Assembly (NCBI GenBank): GCA_963812605.1
Contig: CAWEWF010000003.1
Span: 1-64,000, forward strand
DNA: 64,000 bases
DNA from: an uncultured Verrucomicrobiae bacterium
GTDB taxonomy: Bacteria > Verrucomicrobiota > Verrucomicrobiia > Palsa-1439
Direction: 5' to 3'
Part shown: piece by piece, positions 19,638 through 28,832 of the stretch
Position numbering within the stretch: the stretch's first letter is position 1
Layout: every line of letters starts with the position of its first letter
The notes under the pieces: generated by a model
Told to the model about the DNA's origin: nothing
The model's input: only the letters and a program-made list of their open reading frames with translations
The model's database searches: none
Program-made: the position numbers and the translations under genes

Positions 19638-21356
19638 TTAGACAACGGCGCTGACTCCCTTTGACCGCGGCCCCGAAATGGGCCGAATCGGGGAAACTTT
19701 CACGACGTTTTCCGGATCGTAATCGAGCAGCATCAGCCAGTCCTCCGTGATGTCGGTGGGCGGGAAGATGTCGTTTTCCGCGTATTCCAGGTCCAGCGCG
19801 CGGAGCAGGTCCGCCTCGCTGATGCCTTCATCCTTCCGGGAATCGATGCTGCGTTTGATGGCCATTTCCTTGGCGCGCTCGACGATGCTGGCGATGATCG
19901 CGCCGCTGATAAGGTCGCCGCGATAGAGCACCGCGTTGCGGCCGCTGCGTAACTGCACTTCGAGGAAGCGGTTTTCATCGCGGTGCGCGAAGAGTGTCTT
20001 GACGACCGTATCCACCAGCGCCGCGACCGTGGCTTTCTCATCGCCACCATGCGCCTTCACCGCGGCGGGATCGAGCGGCAGATCGGCGGTCAGGTAAATC
20101 GAGAAGATTTCGTGCGCGCCGTCCTTATCCGGACGGTCAACCCGTATTTTGCGGTCAATGCGCCCCGGCCGCAGGATCGCGGGGTCGATCAAGTCAGCCC
20201 GGTTCGAGGCCAGGATGATCACGACATCCGTCAGCGATTCGATGCCGTCCATCTCGGAGCAAAACATCGGCACCAGCGTCGAAAGAATGTTCGCGTAGCG
20301 GCCCGCGCGGCGCGTGCCGAGAATGGACTCGGCTTCGTCGATGAACAGGAACGGCATGTAACCCTGTTTGCGTTTCTCGCGGGCGATGGTGAAGATCTCG
20401 CGCACGATCCGCTCGGATTCGCCGACCCACATGTTGAGGATCTCGGGGCCTTTCACGTGCATGAAGCATTCCTTCATGTCGTGGCCCGTCTCCTCGCGCA
20501 ATTTGCCGGTCAGGTTGAAAGCCGTCGCCTTGCCGATGAGCGTCTTGCCGCAGCCCGGGGGGCCGTGCAGCAGGAAACCTTTCGGTTGCGCATAGTGAAA
20601 GCGGCTGAAAAGATCCGGGTGCAGCAAGGGCAATTCGATGGCGTCCTTGATGGCCTGAATGGCGGCCGTTTGTCCGCCGACACGCGACCACGGCAGTTCC
20701 GGCACGTCTTCCAAATAAAACTCCTGCTTCTCCGAGGACGCGAGCAGTTCAATCGCCACGCGAAACGCCGGGTCGATGCGGATTTCATCCCCGACCTTCA
20801 GGTTGGCGCTGAGGAGATCGCTGGAACGCTGCAAAATGACCGAGTGCAATCCGTGGTCCTGGCCGACGCGGAGGCGGCCGTCTTTCAGCACGTCGTTGAT
20901 TTTGCCGACGGGTCCCGAGTTGTCATAACCGAGATCACCAACGACCACATAGGCTTCATTGACCAACACGCGCGTCCCGATTTTCAAGGCCTGCGGGTCA
21001 AGCCGCGGATCGACATTGGAATAATAATCATGGCCGCCGACAGCAACCTGTGCGATGTCTTTCTTGGGGAAACCGAGAAATGTGCCGATCCGGTTGGCCG
21101 GTGAAGTCACCTTCTTGATGACCTCGTCCATCTTCTCGATGGCGGCGCGGGCCTCGGACAGCGTCAGCTCGTGTTCCTGGATTTGCTGGCGCAGGCGGAA
21201 GAGGTCGAAGCGGGACGGATCGCCCTCCGGCAGGGACGCCAGCAATTTGTCCACCAACTCGATCGGGGTAGAATCTTTCCGCGTTTCCCATTTGTTGGGA
21301 AAATCCAGCGGACCTCCCGGAGGAGTCGGTTTCTTATAGCCTGAATGGTCGCTCAT
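19638..21356 (-). CDS. mpa: Proteasomal AAA ATPase (Mpa/ARC)
   Basis: N-terminal coiled coil, OB region, GPPGCGKT, KGPEILNMWVGESER, FIDEAE, ASNRADLIDPAILRPGRID. Confidence 0.92.
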   Translation of the reverse strand: MSDHSGYKKPTPPGGPLDFPNKWETRKDSTPIELVDKLLASLPEGDPSRFDLFRLRQQIQEHELTLSEARAAIEKMDEVIKKVTSPANRIGTFLGFPKKDIAQVAVGGHDYYSNVDPRLDPQALKIGTRVLVNEAYVVVGDLGYDNSGPVGKINDVLKDGRLRVGQDHGLHSVILQRSSDLLSANLKVGDEIRIDPAFRVAIELLASSEKQEFYLEDVPELPWSRVGGQTAAIQAIKDAIELPLLHPDLFSRFHYAQPKGFLLHGPPGCGKTLIGKATAFNLTGKLREETGHDMKECFMHVKGPEILNMWVGESERIVREIFTIAREKRKQGYMPFLFIDEAESILGTRRAGRYANILSTLVPMFCSEMDGIESLTDVVIILASNRADLIDPAILRPGRIDRKIRVDRPDKDGAHEIFSIYLTADLPLDPAAVKAHGGDEKATVAALVDTVVKTLFAHRDENRFLEVQLRSGRNAVLYRGDLISGAIIASIVERAKEMAIKRSIDSRKDEGISEADLLRALDLEYAENDIFPPTDITEDWLMLLDYDPENVVKVSPIRPISGPRSKGVSAVV

Positions 21357-21558
21357 GCCGTTCTCTCCACTGCGTACGCCCTATGTTGCCGTAGTATAGC
21401 GCGAGTGCAACGCGACTGCAAATTGAAAGGCTTATTTCGTGCCAAATTTGTGGAAGAATTCAGGGAATTTGGCTTGCGGAGGCATTGTGGTGCATCGCCT
21501 GCGCGTGTTATGCTTTATCTGGTTCGCGGAAAAAAGGCGTGAACCGCCGTTCTTTGCC

Positions 21559-21816
21559 CTACTTTTTCTTCTTTTGCCAGTAGGTGAGGGCGGGCTCGAA
21601 GCAGGTGCCGGACAGATCCTCGACGCGTCCGCGGAAATATCGTTCGGCATCCTGGACGCCGCGATTGTAGGCGAACGGGGCGATTTCCTTCAAAAAGTAG
21701 TTCAGGACAAACTTCGCCTGCATCTCGCTGATCTCGTGCTCGAGTTCTTCGCGGAAATATCTGCGCAGCGAGGGAATGACGTCGGCGGTTTCTTGTTTGG
21801 TTAATTCGATGGGCAT
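21559..21816 (-). CDS. DUF2164-family protein
   Basis: LRRYFREELEHEISEMQAKFVLNYFLKEIAPFAYNRGVQDA. Confidence 0.8.
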   Translation of the reverse strand: MPIELTKQETADVIPSLRRYFREELEHEISEMQAKFVLNYFLKEIAPFAYNRGVQDAERYFRGRVEDLSGTCFEPALTYWQKKKK

Positions 21817-21920
21817 GAGTGGGGGTCCTTTCCGCATGCGTCTTCTGGCGTTTGTCAATCAGCATGCTGGGTCAGGCTGATGATTTATCAAGTGAAATCG
21901 TTTGTCGATAATTGTATTTT

Positions 21921-22340
21921 CTACGACTGTTCGGAGAGGTAGAGATTGGTGTTCGTGGTGGAACGTAGGAGGAGGCCGGTGTTTTCGAGGGTGAACGATT
22001 CGCTGGTGTTGTTGGAGCCAGTGAGGGGGAAATAGTTGGGTTTGTGTTTGGACCAGTCGATGGTGAGGGTGGCGCCTTGGATTCTGTAGGGGGCGTTTTC
22101 GAGGATGGGGATGCGGATGACGTGGTCGTAGGGCGAGGTGGCGTTGGTGACGATGGCGCCGTCACCCGTGGGAATGCCTTGGACGAAGACGTTGACGGTG
22201 GTTGCCGTGAAGACGTAAATGTACTGGGGAAGGTTGGCGGCTTCGGTGGAATAGTCCATGCCGAAGCGCGGGAGCCCGGGGACCTGGGAACAGGAGAGAA
22301 CGAGCGTTGTGGCGAGCACGGCCAGAGAGAGGCGGTTCAT
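21921..22340 (-). CDS. Hypothetical lipoprotein
   Basis: MNRLSLAVLATTLVLSC lipobox-like start; coding-like codon bias. Confidence 0.6.
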   Translation of the reverse strand: MNRLSLAVLATTLVLSCSQVPGLPRFGMDYSTEAANLPQYIYVFTATTVNVFVQGIPTGDGAIVTNATSPYDHVIRIPILENAPYRIQGATLTIDWSKHKPNYFPLTGSNNTSESFTLENTGLLLRSTTNTNLYLSEQS

Positions 22341-22455
22341 GGGCGAAGTGTAACCGGAGCTTGTAACGAGGCAAGGCTGATCCTTTTTCACCCCGGGGCC
22401 AGGGAGACGGTTGCGAGGGCGGATTTGGCGTTGGAAACCGACTGTGAAATTGACG

Positions 22456-22485
22456 TTGACAGGGGTGGAGGGGGTCAGTTACGTT
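22456..22485 (+). promoter_or_regulatory. Probable sigma70 promoter for rplM
   Basis: TTGACA-N18-TACGTT upstream of rplM. Confidence 0.45.
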
Positions 22486-22518
22486 ACCCCGCCTTAGGCA
22501 TCCCAAGACAGGAAATTC

Positions 22519-22947
22519 ATGAGTACGTTTTTCGCCAAAAAAGAAGAGCAGAAACCGCGCTGGTACATTATTGACGCCAACAACCAGGTGCTCGGCAAAG
22601 TCGCCGTGCGCGCCGCCAACGTGTTGCGCGGCAAGGTCAAGCCCACGTTTACCCCGCATGTCGATGCCGGTGATTTCGTGGTGGTGGTCAACGCCGAGAA
22701 GGTCGTCCTCACGGGCAAGAAGGAAACCGCCAAGGTGTACATGTCCTACTCGCAGTACCCGGGCAAAGAAAAGCGGCGGACCGTCAAGCAGGTGCGCGCG
22801 ACTCATCCCGAGAAGCTCATCGAGCACGCCGTGAAAGGCATGATCCCGCGCAACCGCCTCGGCCGCCAAATGATTACGAAACTCAAAGTCTACGCCGGCT
22901 CGGCTCACCCGCACATCGCGCAGCAGCCCGAAGCCATCACCCTTTAG
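22519..22947 (+). CDS. rplM: 50S ribosomal protein L13
   Basis: [49 protein letters not shown]. Confidence 0.98.
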   Translation: MSTFFAKKEEQKPRWYIIDANNQVLGKVAVRAANVLRGKVKPTFTPHVDAGDFVVVVNAEKVVLTGKKETAKVYMSYSQYPGKEKRRTVKQVRATHPEKLIEHAVKGMIPRNRLGRQMITKLKVYAGSAHPHIAQQPEAITL

Positions 22948-22956
22948 TCTCTCACC

Positions 22957-23364
22957 ATGGCAACAGCATCCGCCCAATCGAACGCTTTCCTCGGAACCGG
23001 CCGCCGCAAAACCAGCGTCGCCCGCGTCCGTCTTGTACCCGGCTCCGGCAAGGTCGTCATCAACGACCGCACCGCCGATGAATACCTGACCGTGCCGAAC
23101 CAGCGCACCATCGCTTTCCAACCGCTCGCGGAAACGCAGAATACCGGCAAATACGACGTGTTTGTCAGCGTCCTCGGCGGCGGCGTCTCCGGCCAGGCGG
23201 GCGCGATCAGTCACGGCATCGCCCGCGCTCTCTTGAAGGCCTCGCCCGATCTCAAGGGGATCCTCCGCAAAAAGGGTTTCCTCACGCGCGATTCGAGGAT
23301 GAAGGAACGCAAAAAGTACGGCCAACCCGGCGCGCGCAAGCGCTTCCAGTTCTCGAAGCGTTAA
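22957..23364 (+). CDS. rpsI: 30S ribosomal protein S9
   Basis: [42 protein letters not shown]. Confidence 0.98.
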   Translation: MATASAQSNAFLGTGRRKTSVARVRLVPGSGKVVINDRTADEYLTVPNQRTIAFQPLAETQNTGKYDVFVSVLGGGVSGQAGAISHGIARALLKASPDLKGILRKKGFLTRDSRMKERKKYGQPGARKRFQFSKR

Positions 23365-23393
23365 GCGAACAACTAAATCTCGACTTGCAAGCG

Positions 23394-23432
23394 CGAGCCC
23401 CGGGTTCAATAATTCGGGGCTCGTTGCTTTTT
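23394..23432 (+). terminator. Intrinsic terminator after rpsI
   Basis: CGAGCCCCG/CGGGGCTCG stem followed by TTGCTTTTT. Confidence 0.75.
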
Positions 23433-23446
23433 ACGAGTTGTTTTGT

Positions 23447-23472
23447 GGAGGGCCACGCTCCGTCGTGGCCGC
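23447..23472 (+). repeat. REP-like palindrome GGAGGGCCACGCTCCGTCGTGGCCGC
   Basis: Exact reverse complement at 41911-41936. Confidence 0.8.
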
Positions 23473-23560
23473 GCGCAGTAATTTGTAGGGCAATGCCCCG
23501 ATCGTTATCCATAGACTGTAGCCGAAGCGTAAGCTTCGGAAGCCGCACCACCGCCCGCCC

Positions 23561-23589
23561 TTGACACCGGTGGGATTTCCCACCATAGT
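23561..23589 (+). promoter_or_regulatory. Promoter TTGACA-N17-CATAGT with operator palindrome GGTGGGATTTCCCACC
   Basis: Read directly; ATG 7 nt after the -10 box, suggesting a leaderless mRNA. Confidence 0.65.
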
Positions 23590-23595
23590 ACCGTC

Positions 23596-23886
23596 ATGCC
23601 AACTACTATCAGACGGCGACGAAAACCAGCCTGTGGCATCACCGTGGTTGCCGACTACGATGTGGCCGCCGATGCCAAGAAGCGGATCAGCCTGCGGAAC
23701 GCCACGACAAAGTATTACCGCGTCAAGGCGCTTTCCAACGGCTGTTTTCTGCTGGAACCGCGAGTGCTGGTCCCGTTGGACGCCCTACCGGCGCGGACCC
23801 GCAAGATGCTGGATCAGTCCGTCAAAAACCTGAAAAACGGGGTCGCCTCACCGCCGATTGACCTGACGCCATTTCTGAAGGAGTAA
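23596..23886 (+). CDS. AbrB/MazE-like antitoxin
   Basis: DAKKRISLR...YYRV..LSNG.FLLEPR swapped-hairpin-like pattern; upstream operator; downstream toxin-like ORF. Confidence 0.6.
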   Translation: MPTTIRRRRKPACGITVVADYDVAADAKKRISLRNATTKYYRVKALSNGCFLLEPRVLVPLDALPARTRKMLDQSVKNLKNGVASPPIDLTPFLKE

Positions 23887-23893
23887 GGGCGGC

Positions 23894-24094
23894 GTGGCGT
23901 TTCGCATCCGCATGGGTGTGCCGGAGATGGAAGCGTATTGGAACGACATCTCAACCCGCAAACTCGCTGGCAAGCTCGACAAGGACGAGGAGAAATTCTT
24001 CAAGAAACTTGTCAAGACCCTGGGATTCCTCGGTCAGAATCCGCGCCATCCGGGGTTGGAGTCGAGTTGCCATCGTGATTTTGGAAGTGCTTGA
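23894..24094 (+). pseudogene. Truncated RelE/ParE-like toxin
   Basis: KKLVKTLGFLGQNPRHPGLES, then coding character is lost. Confidence 0.5.
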
Positions 24095-24160
24095 AAAGTA
24101 CCGTCTTGTCCGTGGCCATTGTATCGTTGTGCTCTGCAGGAAGTCTGCTATGTTGATAGT

Positions 24161-24352
24161 ATGTTGCGATCATACGAGTACGAACGCCTGCAGGATTTCC
24201 TCGCTACTGGGATCAGGAGAGCGAGGGAACGAAAACAGAATAAAGTCACGTTTAACTTGAAGGAGTTGGAACAGGTTTTGACGCCGGTCATCAAGGCGCT
24301 TAACGAGCGAGGCCGCGTCATTGCATCAGGGGGAAACCAAAACTTAAACTGA
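24161..24352 (+). CDS. Small hypothetical protein
   Basis: ORF MLRSYEYERLQDFL...; weak support. Confidence 0.35.
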   Translation: MLRSYEYERLQDFLATGIRRARERKQNKVTFNLKELEQVLTPVIKALNERGRVIASGGNQNLN

Positions 24353-24452
24353 GACACTATCTGTTTTCTGACGGCCCTGCCGTTCACAATTTACAAATCA
24401 GATAGCCCACGCCCATCATCGACCGACTCCAGTTACGTTCTCGTACTCGTAT

Positions 24453-25751
24453 TCACAACTGTTTTGCAGCCTCCGGGGCGGCCTCTTTGACTTTGTTTTC
24501 GCGGTCGTTTATTAGCTTGGCGTTGACTTTCTTGCTCGTAAACTTTGCGTAAGCCGTGTTGTAGAACTGAGAAAACCTGAGTTCAATATCATTTGCATTC
24601 CATCCGTAAGTGATCGACAATCCCGATGTGTCGAAGTCATTGGGCTCGCCGTAGGCTTCAGTCAGGGTTTGCTTGAGACCGTCCGCGTTTTGTTTGCCGT
24701 CGGCCTTAACTTCTATTTCCTTGAGAATCCCGGCCTCGAACGTCAGGGTGATGCCAGAAAGTTCGAACGCCCCTAATGTCTTGTCGAAATCTTGTACTTC
24801 ATAGGACGTCTCATCGACAGTGGTGCGAGCTTGCCGGAGGCCGGAAAACTCATCGAAGGGGCTGCCCAATTTGTAGTTCCGAAACCCGTTCTTGGCGTCA
24901 AGCGCCACTAGTTTGTCAGATTCAGATTCTGTTAGGGTATTGCTATCGGAAGAAGCGGCAGCGGGCGAAAAAACAGATCCTGATGAAGGTTCAGCATCGA
25001 AAGCCGTGCTAAAGGGAATGTCTCCAGGAGAACTGTAGCCACTGACAAACAGCAGGCCGTCTTCCTCGTAATAGGTGGCGTCCAACTCTCTAATTGTAAC
25101 ATAGCGCAATCTCCGGTAGATAAGTCTCAGCGATTTTTCACGATAGACGTAATCAATCGTGCCGTGGGTGCTATGTCTCGAATCGCCCTGCTCAATCTTC
25201 CATTCGCCCCCACCGGAGACCTCCTGCATCAAGCGTTGCGCCTCCTGCATAGTGATGCGGTTCGAAATAATCGGTACGGGAGAGTCCTTGTGAAAGGACA
25301 CGCGGTGTGCCTTTGACGCGCCCTCGTAAGAAGAAAAGTCAACTTCAACAATAATGTCACCAACCAGATAGGTTCTTGTGCTGCTGTCAACTTTTACCGG
25401 CTCGCCATACAATCGGTCTACCTGTTGCTCAGTCTTCCCGAGGGGACTGCGGCCTCGATGTGTCACTGACCTGCCAAAAAAGACGACCAACATCAACCCG
25501 ACGACCAGTGTTGTCGCACCGATGAATTTTTTCGCGCGGCCTTTCCCCTTTCGTTTGCCCGTAATATTTTTGTCAGCCTCTCTTAACGTCGCACCCTTTG
25601 GTGACGGTGGGAGGAAAGGCCCCGTTGGAGGCGGCGGCGGTGGGACGACAAGGGAATGCCCGCATGTTGGACATCGCACCCCGACACCAGCACCCGATTC
25701 GTCAATCGTGATGTGTTGTCCGCATCTTTCACAGTTGAACGAAATGTCCAT
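24453..25751 (-). CDS. Zinc-ribbon membrane protein with Pro-rich linker, TM helix and large extracytoplasmic region
   Basis: MDISFNCERCGQHITIDESGAGVGVRCPTCG, PPPPPP, FIGATTLVVGLMLVVFFG. Confidence 0.8.
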   Translation of the reverse strand: MDISFNCERCGQHITIDESGAGVGVRCPTCGHSLVVPPPPPPTGPFLPPSPKGATLREADKNITGKRKGKGRAKKFIGATTLVVGLMLVVFFGRSVTHRGRSPLGKTEQQVDRLYGEPVKVDSSTRTYLVGDIIVEVDFSSYEGASKAHRVSFHKDSPVPIISNRITMQEAQRLMQEVSGGGEWKIEQGDSRHSTHGTIDYVYREKSLRLIYRRLRYVTIRELDATYYEEDGLLFVSGYSSPGDIPFSTAFDAEPSSGSVFSPAAASSDSNTLTESESDKLVALDAKNGFRNYKLGSPFDEFSGLRQARTTVDETSYEVQDFDKTLGAFELSGITLTFEAGILKEIEVKADGKQNADGLKQTLTEAYGEPNDFDTSGLSITYGWNANDIELRFSQFYNTAYAKFTSKKVNAKLINDRENKVKEAAPEAAKQL

Positions 25752-25984
25752 AGCTTACAGTCCGTCAAGGCAAAGTTTGACTCGTACCGTCTGGATCGGC
25801 GTTTCCTCAGCGTGCACAAAGCTTAATTCGGTCGTGGCTCGGGCACAATCCGAAAATGGCCGAAGCGATCTGGTCACGCCGGTCGGCGCGAGCAGTTATC
25901 AACGAACCGGAGCCGCTCAACGTGGCGGTCACGCTGGCGCGGTTGAAGGCGATGGGGTCGAGAACCCGGCTAGTCTGATCACAA

Positions 25985-26018
25985 AGAACAGCCGCCGGAT
26001 CGATCCGGCGGCTGTTCT
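25985..26018. repeat. Perfect 34-bp palindrome AGAACAGCCGCCGGATCGATCCGGCGGCTGTTCT
   Basis: Read directly; lies 3' of the 26048-26350 gene, possibly its terminator. Confidence 0.85.
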
Positions 26019-26047
26019 CAAAAACGCGCGGCAGCAACGGTTGTGCT

Positions 26048-26350
26048 TTACCAGTTACGGCTTCTGTTCCACGCGTGGCTGTCGGCTACGAAGACGAAAG
26101 CCGTCCAAGTGAGCGACAATTCCCTGAATAGTGCTTTAATCCTAGTTTTCAGTTTGTCTCGAATCTCTGAAGCACTACCTCGCTTCCTACAGTGCTTCGC
26201 GTAGGTGTTAGCCGGGAGCCTCACTTGTGTCCCGTCTGACTTTGTAATGTGTCTCCTCAGTCCCATTCGAGCCAGTCGATTTCTCACTGGTCGATATGTG
26301 TTACTGGATGCTCCATGAAGGTCGAACGTAACGATTGCCATCTTGCTCAT
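26048..26350 (-). CDS. GhoS/DUF2622/Cas2-like small ferredoxin-fold protein
   Basis: AIVTFDLHGA..Y..L..GL.R.I..DG...LP.NTY pattern; AAGGA RBS upstream. Confidence 0.55.
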   Translation of the reverse strand: MSKMAIVTFDLHGASSNTYRPVRNRLARMGLRRHITKSDGTQVRLPANTYAKHCRKRGSASEIRDKLKTRIKALFRELSLTWTAFVFVADSHAWNRSRNW

Positions 26351-26621
26351 TAGATTTCATTCCTTTCTTTCTGTTGCGCCGCACGCGGGCTGAGCTTAGT
26401 GCATAAACCGGAAGAACGCAACCGACATTTCTGGTGGTTGCGCGGGGTTCCCCTGACTCGTCGCCATCAGCACGCTACGGGGAAGCGGCGACAAGCCGAC
26501 GCAATCGAACGGGTCGCAAGTCCGGTGGATTTGTTGAAAACAAGACTAGAACGTAGTATACACCAAGGCTTAATATTGAAGGCTCGTTGCTTTTTACGGG
26601 TAAACTGAGGCTGTCACCGCC

Positions 26622-27635
26622 ATGAAAAAAACGAAAGCCGCCATCGTCGGCGCGAGTGGCTACTCGGGTCAGGAATTGATCCGACTGCTCTTGCGGCATC
26701 CGCATGTGGAAATTACGCATTTCACCTCGCGACAGTACGCGGGCAAAGCGGTCGCGGAGATTTTCCCGCGATTTCGCGGGCAGATTGACGCCACGTTCGC
26801 TGAGCCGAATGTGGAGCGTATCGACGGCGATGTCGTTTTCCTGGCGTTGCCGCACGGCGTGGCGGCGGAATACGCGCCCGCGTTGCTGCGCAAAGGAATC
26901 AAGGTCCTCGATTTGTCGGCGGATTTCCGGTTAAAATCGGCGGCGGCTTACCAGGAATTTTACGAGCACGAACATCCGGCCCCGGATTTGCTGAAAACCT
27001 CCGTGTACGGCCTGCCGGAAATCCATCGCGACGCGATCCGCAAGGCGAACCTGGTTGCCTGCCCCGGGTGCTACCCGACCAGCATCATTCTCGGCGTCAT
27101 GCCCGCGCTCCGTAAGGGCTTGGGCAAAGCCGACAGCATCATCGCGACGAGCCTCAGCGGCGTCAGCGGCGCGGGACGCAAGGTGGCGGACGAATTTCTT
27201 TTCACGGAGTGCAACGAAAGCGCGCGCGCGTATGGCGTCCCGAAGCACCGCCACATCGGGGAAATTGAGCAGGAACTGGCGGCGCTGGCTGGCTCGAAGG
27301 TGACGATTTCCTTCGCGCCGCACCTCATTCCGCTGAATCGCGGCATCGTCAGCACGATTTATATGACACTGGCAACGAAGGTGGAGGATGCCCTCGCGGT
27401 CTATCGCGACTTCTACAAGAGCGAACCGTTTGTCCGGGTCACGCAGTCGCTGCCGGACACGAAGAATGTCGAGGCGACCAATTTCTGCGACATTTCGGTG
27501 CGCATCGATTCGCGCACGAACCGGCTCGTCGTGGTCAGCGTGATCGACAACCTGACCAAGGGCGCGGCCGGCCAGGCGGTGCAATGCCTGAATCTGGTTT
27601 GCGGTTATGAAGAAACGGCGGGACTGCTCCCATGA
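26622..27635 (+). CDS. argC: N-acetyl-gamma-glutamyl-phosphate reductase
   Basis: GASGYSG, FLALPHG, DLSADFR, ACPGCYPT, SGVSGAGR, DNLTKGAAGQAVQ. Confidence 0.97.
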   Translation: MKKTKAAIVGASGYSGQELIRLLLRHPHVEITHFTSRQYAGKAVAEIFPRFRGQIDATFAEPNVERIDGDVVFLALPHGVAAEYAPALLRKGIKVLDLSADFRLKSAAAYQEFYEHEHPAPDLLKTSVYGLPEIHRDAIRKANLVACPGCYPTSIILGVMPALRKGLGKADSIIATSLSGVSGAGRKVADEFLFTECNESARAYGVPKHRHIGEIEQELAALAGSKVTISFAPHLIPLNRGIVSTIYMTLATKVEDALAVYRDFYKSEPFVRVTQSLPDTKNVEATNFCDISVRIDSRTNRLVVVSVIDNLTKGAAGQAVQCLNLVCGYEETAGLLP

Positions 27636-28819
27636 AGACTTCTTTCACTCGAATTAAGGGCTCGGTCACCGCTCCGCGCGGGTTTCGCGCCGCCGGCTTC
27701 GCGGCGGGAATCAAGGCTCGCGGCAAGAAGGACATGGCGCTCATCGCTTCGGAAAAGCCGGCTGTTTGCGCGGCAACATTTACGAAAAACCAGGTAAAAG
27801 CCGCGCCCGTAAAAGTGAGCATGCGAAACGCGAAAACGGGCAAGGCCCGCGCGATCATCGTCAATAGCGGGAACGCGAACGCCTGTACGGGCAGTGACGG
27901 CCTGATCCACGCCCGGGCCATGACTTGTGCGGTCGCGCGCCGGCTCGGATGCGCGGACAACCATGTGCTCGTCTGTTCGACGGGCCGCATTGGGGTCAAC
28001 CTCCCGATTGTCAAAGTCGAGATGGGCATTAAAAAACTTCTTGGCATTCTTTCCCCGCGCGGCGGCGCGGCGGCGGCGCAGGCGATCATGACCACGGACA
28101 CTTTCGCAAAGCAGGTCGCGGTGCAATTCAAGTCCGGCGGACGGACCATTCGCATCGGTGGCATCGCCAAGGGCGCGGGCATGATCCAGCCGAACATGGC
28201 AACGATGTTGGGTTTTCTCACGACGGATGCCGCCATCCCGCGCGCAGCGTTGCAGAAGGCGCTTACGCATGCCGTCAACCATTCCTTCAACCGCATTAGC
28301 GTCGACGGTGACACGAGCACCAACGACACGGTGATCCTCCTGGCCAACGGCGTGGCCGGCGCGCCGCCGCTGGCGAAGTTTCAGGAGGCGCTCGACTTCG
28401 TGTGCCTCGAACTCGCGAAAATGATCGTGCGTGACGGTGAAGGCGTGTCGAAATTCGTGACACTTAATATTCACGGAGCGGCTTCGGACCGCGACGCGGT
28501 GCTTGCGGCGCGGTCGGTTGCGAATTCCGTGCTGGTAAAGACGAGTTGGTGCGGCGGCGATCCGAATTGGGGCCGGATCCTCGACGCGCTCGGTTACAGC
28601 CGGGCCAAAATCGACGAGAATCTGGTGGACGTCGCCTACAACGGCGTACTGGCAGCCCGCAGCGGCATGGTCACGCGGACGCCACTGGCAAAGTTGCGGA
28701 AGATCGTCGCCCAGCCGACCTTCACGATTGATATCCACCTGCATCTCGGTCGCGGCCATTGCACGATGCACACCTGCGATTTGACGGAGAAATACGTCGA
28801 GTTGAACAAGGGGGAGTAA
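27632..28819 (+). CDS. argJ: Bifunctional ornithine acetyltransferase
   Basis: NSGNANACTG, IMTTDT, AKGAGMIQPNMATML, DGDTSTNDT, DGEG, DPNWGRI. Confidence 0.97.
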   Translation: MKTSFTRIKGSVTAPRGFRAAGFAAGIKARGKKDMALIASEKPAVCAATFTKNQVKAAPVKVSMRNAKTGKARAIIVNSGNANACTGSDGLIHARAMTCAVARRLGCADNHVLVCSTGRIGVNLPIVKVEMGIKKLLGILSPRGGAAAAQAIMTTDTFAKQVAVQFKSGGRTIRIGGIAKGAGMIQPNMATMLGFLTTDAAIPRAALQKALTHAVNHSFNRISVDGDTSTNDTVILLANGVAGAPPLAKFQEALDFVCLELAKMIVRDGEGVSKFVTLNIHGAASDRDAVLAARSVANSVLVKTSWCGGDPNWGRILDALGYSRAKIDENLVDVAYNGVLAARSGMVTRTPLAKLRKIVAQPTFTIDIHLHLGRGHCTMHTCDLTEKYVELNKGE

Positions 28820-28832
28820 GAAGCGTGCGTTA

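Larger units (their letters stand above)
23418..26598. mobile_element. 3.2 kb islet flanked by an exact 18-bp direct repeat GGCTCGTTGCTTTTTACG
   Basis: Identical 18-mers at 23418-23435 and 26581-26598; accessory content between rpsI and argC. Confidence 0.65.

Noticed and set aside
18214-21104. Long antisense ORFs (e.g. 18214-19641, 19983-21104; also 27605-28849, 56056-57405, 60841-62112)
   Set aside because: Shadow ORFs expected opposite GC3-biased genes; no motifs or RBS
25840-25980. Short peptide EPEPLNVAVTLARLKAM, reminiscent of an HsdM C-terminus
   Set aside because: Too short and degenerate to support a call without a search
26400-26620. Riboswitch or ARG box upstream of argC
   Set aside because: Some hairpins are present, but no recognisable aptamer core or ArgR palindrome pair
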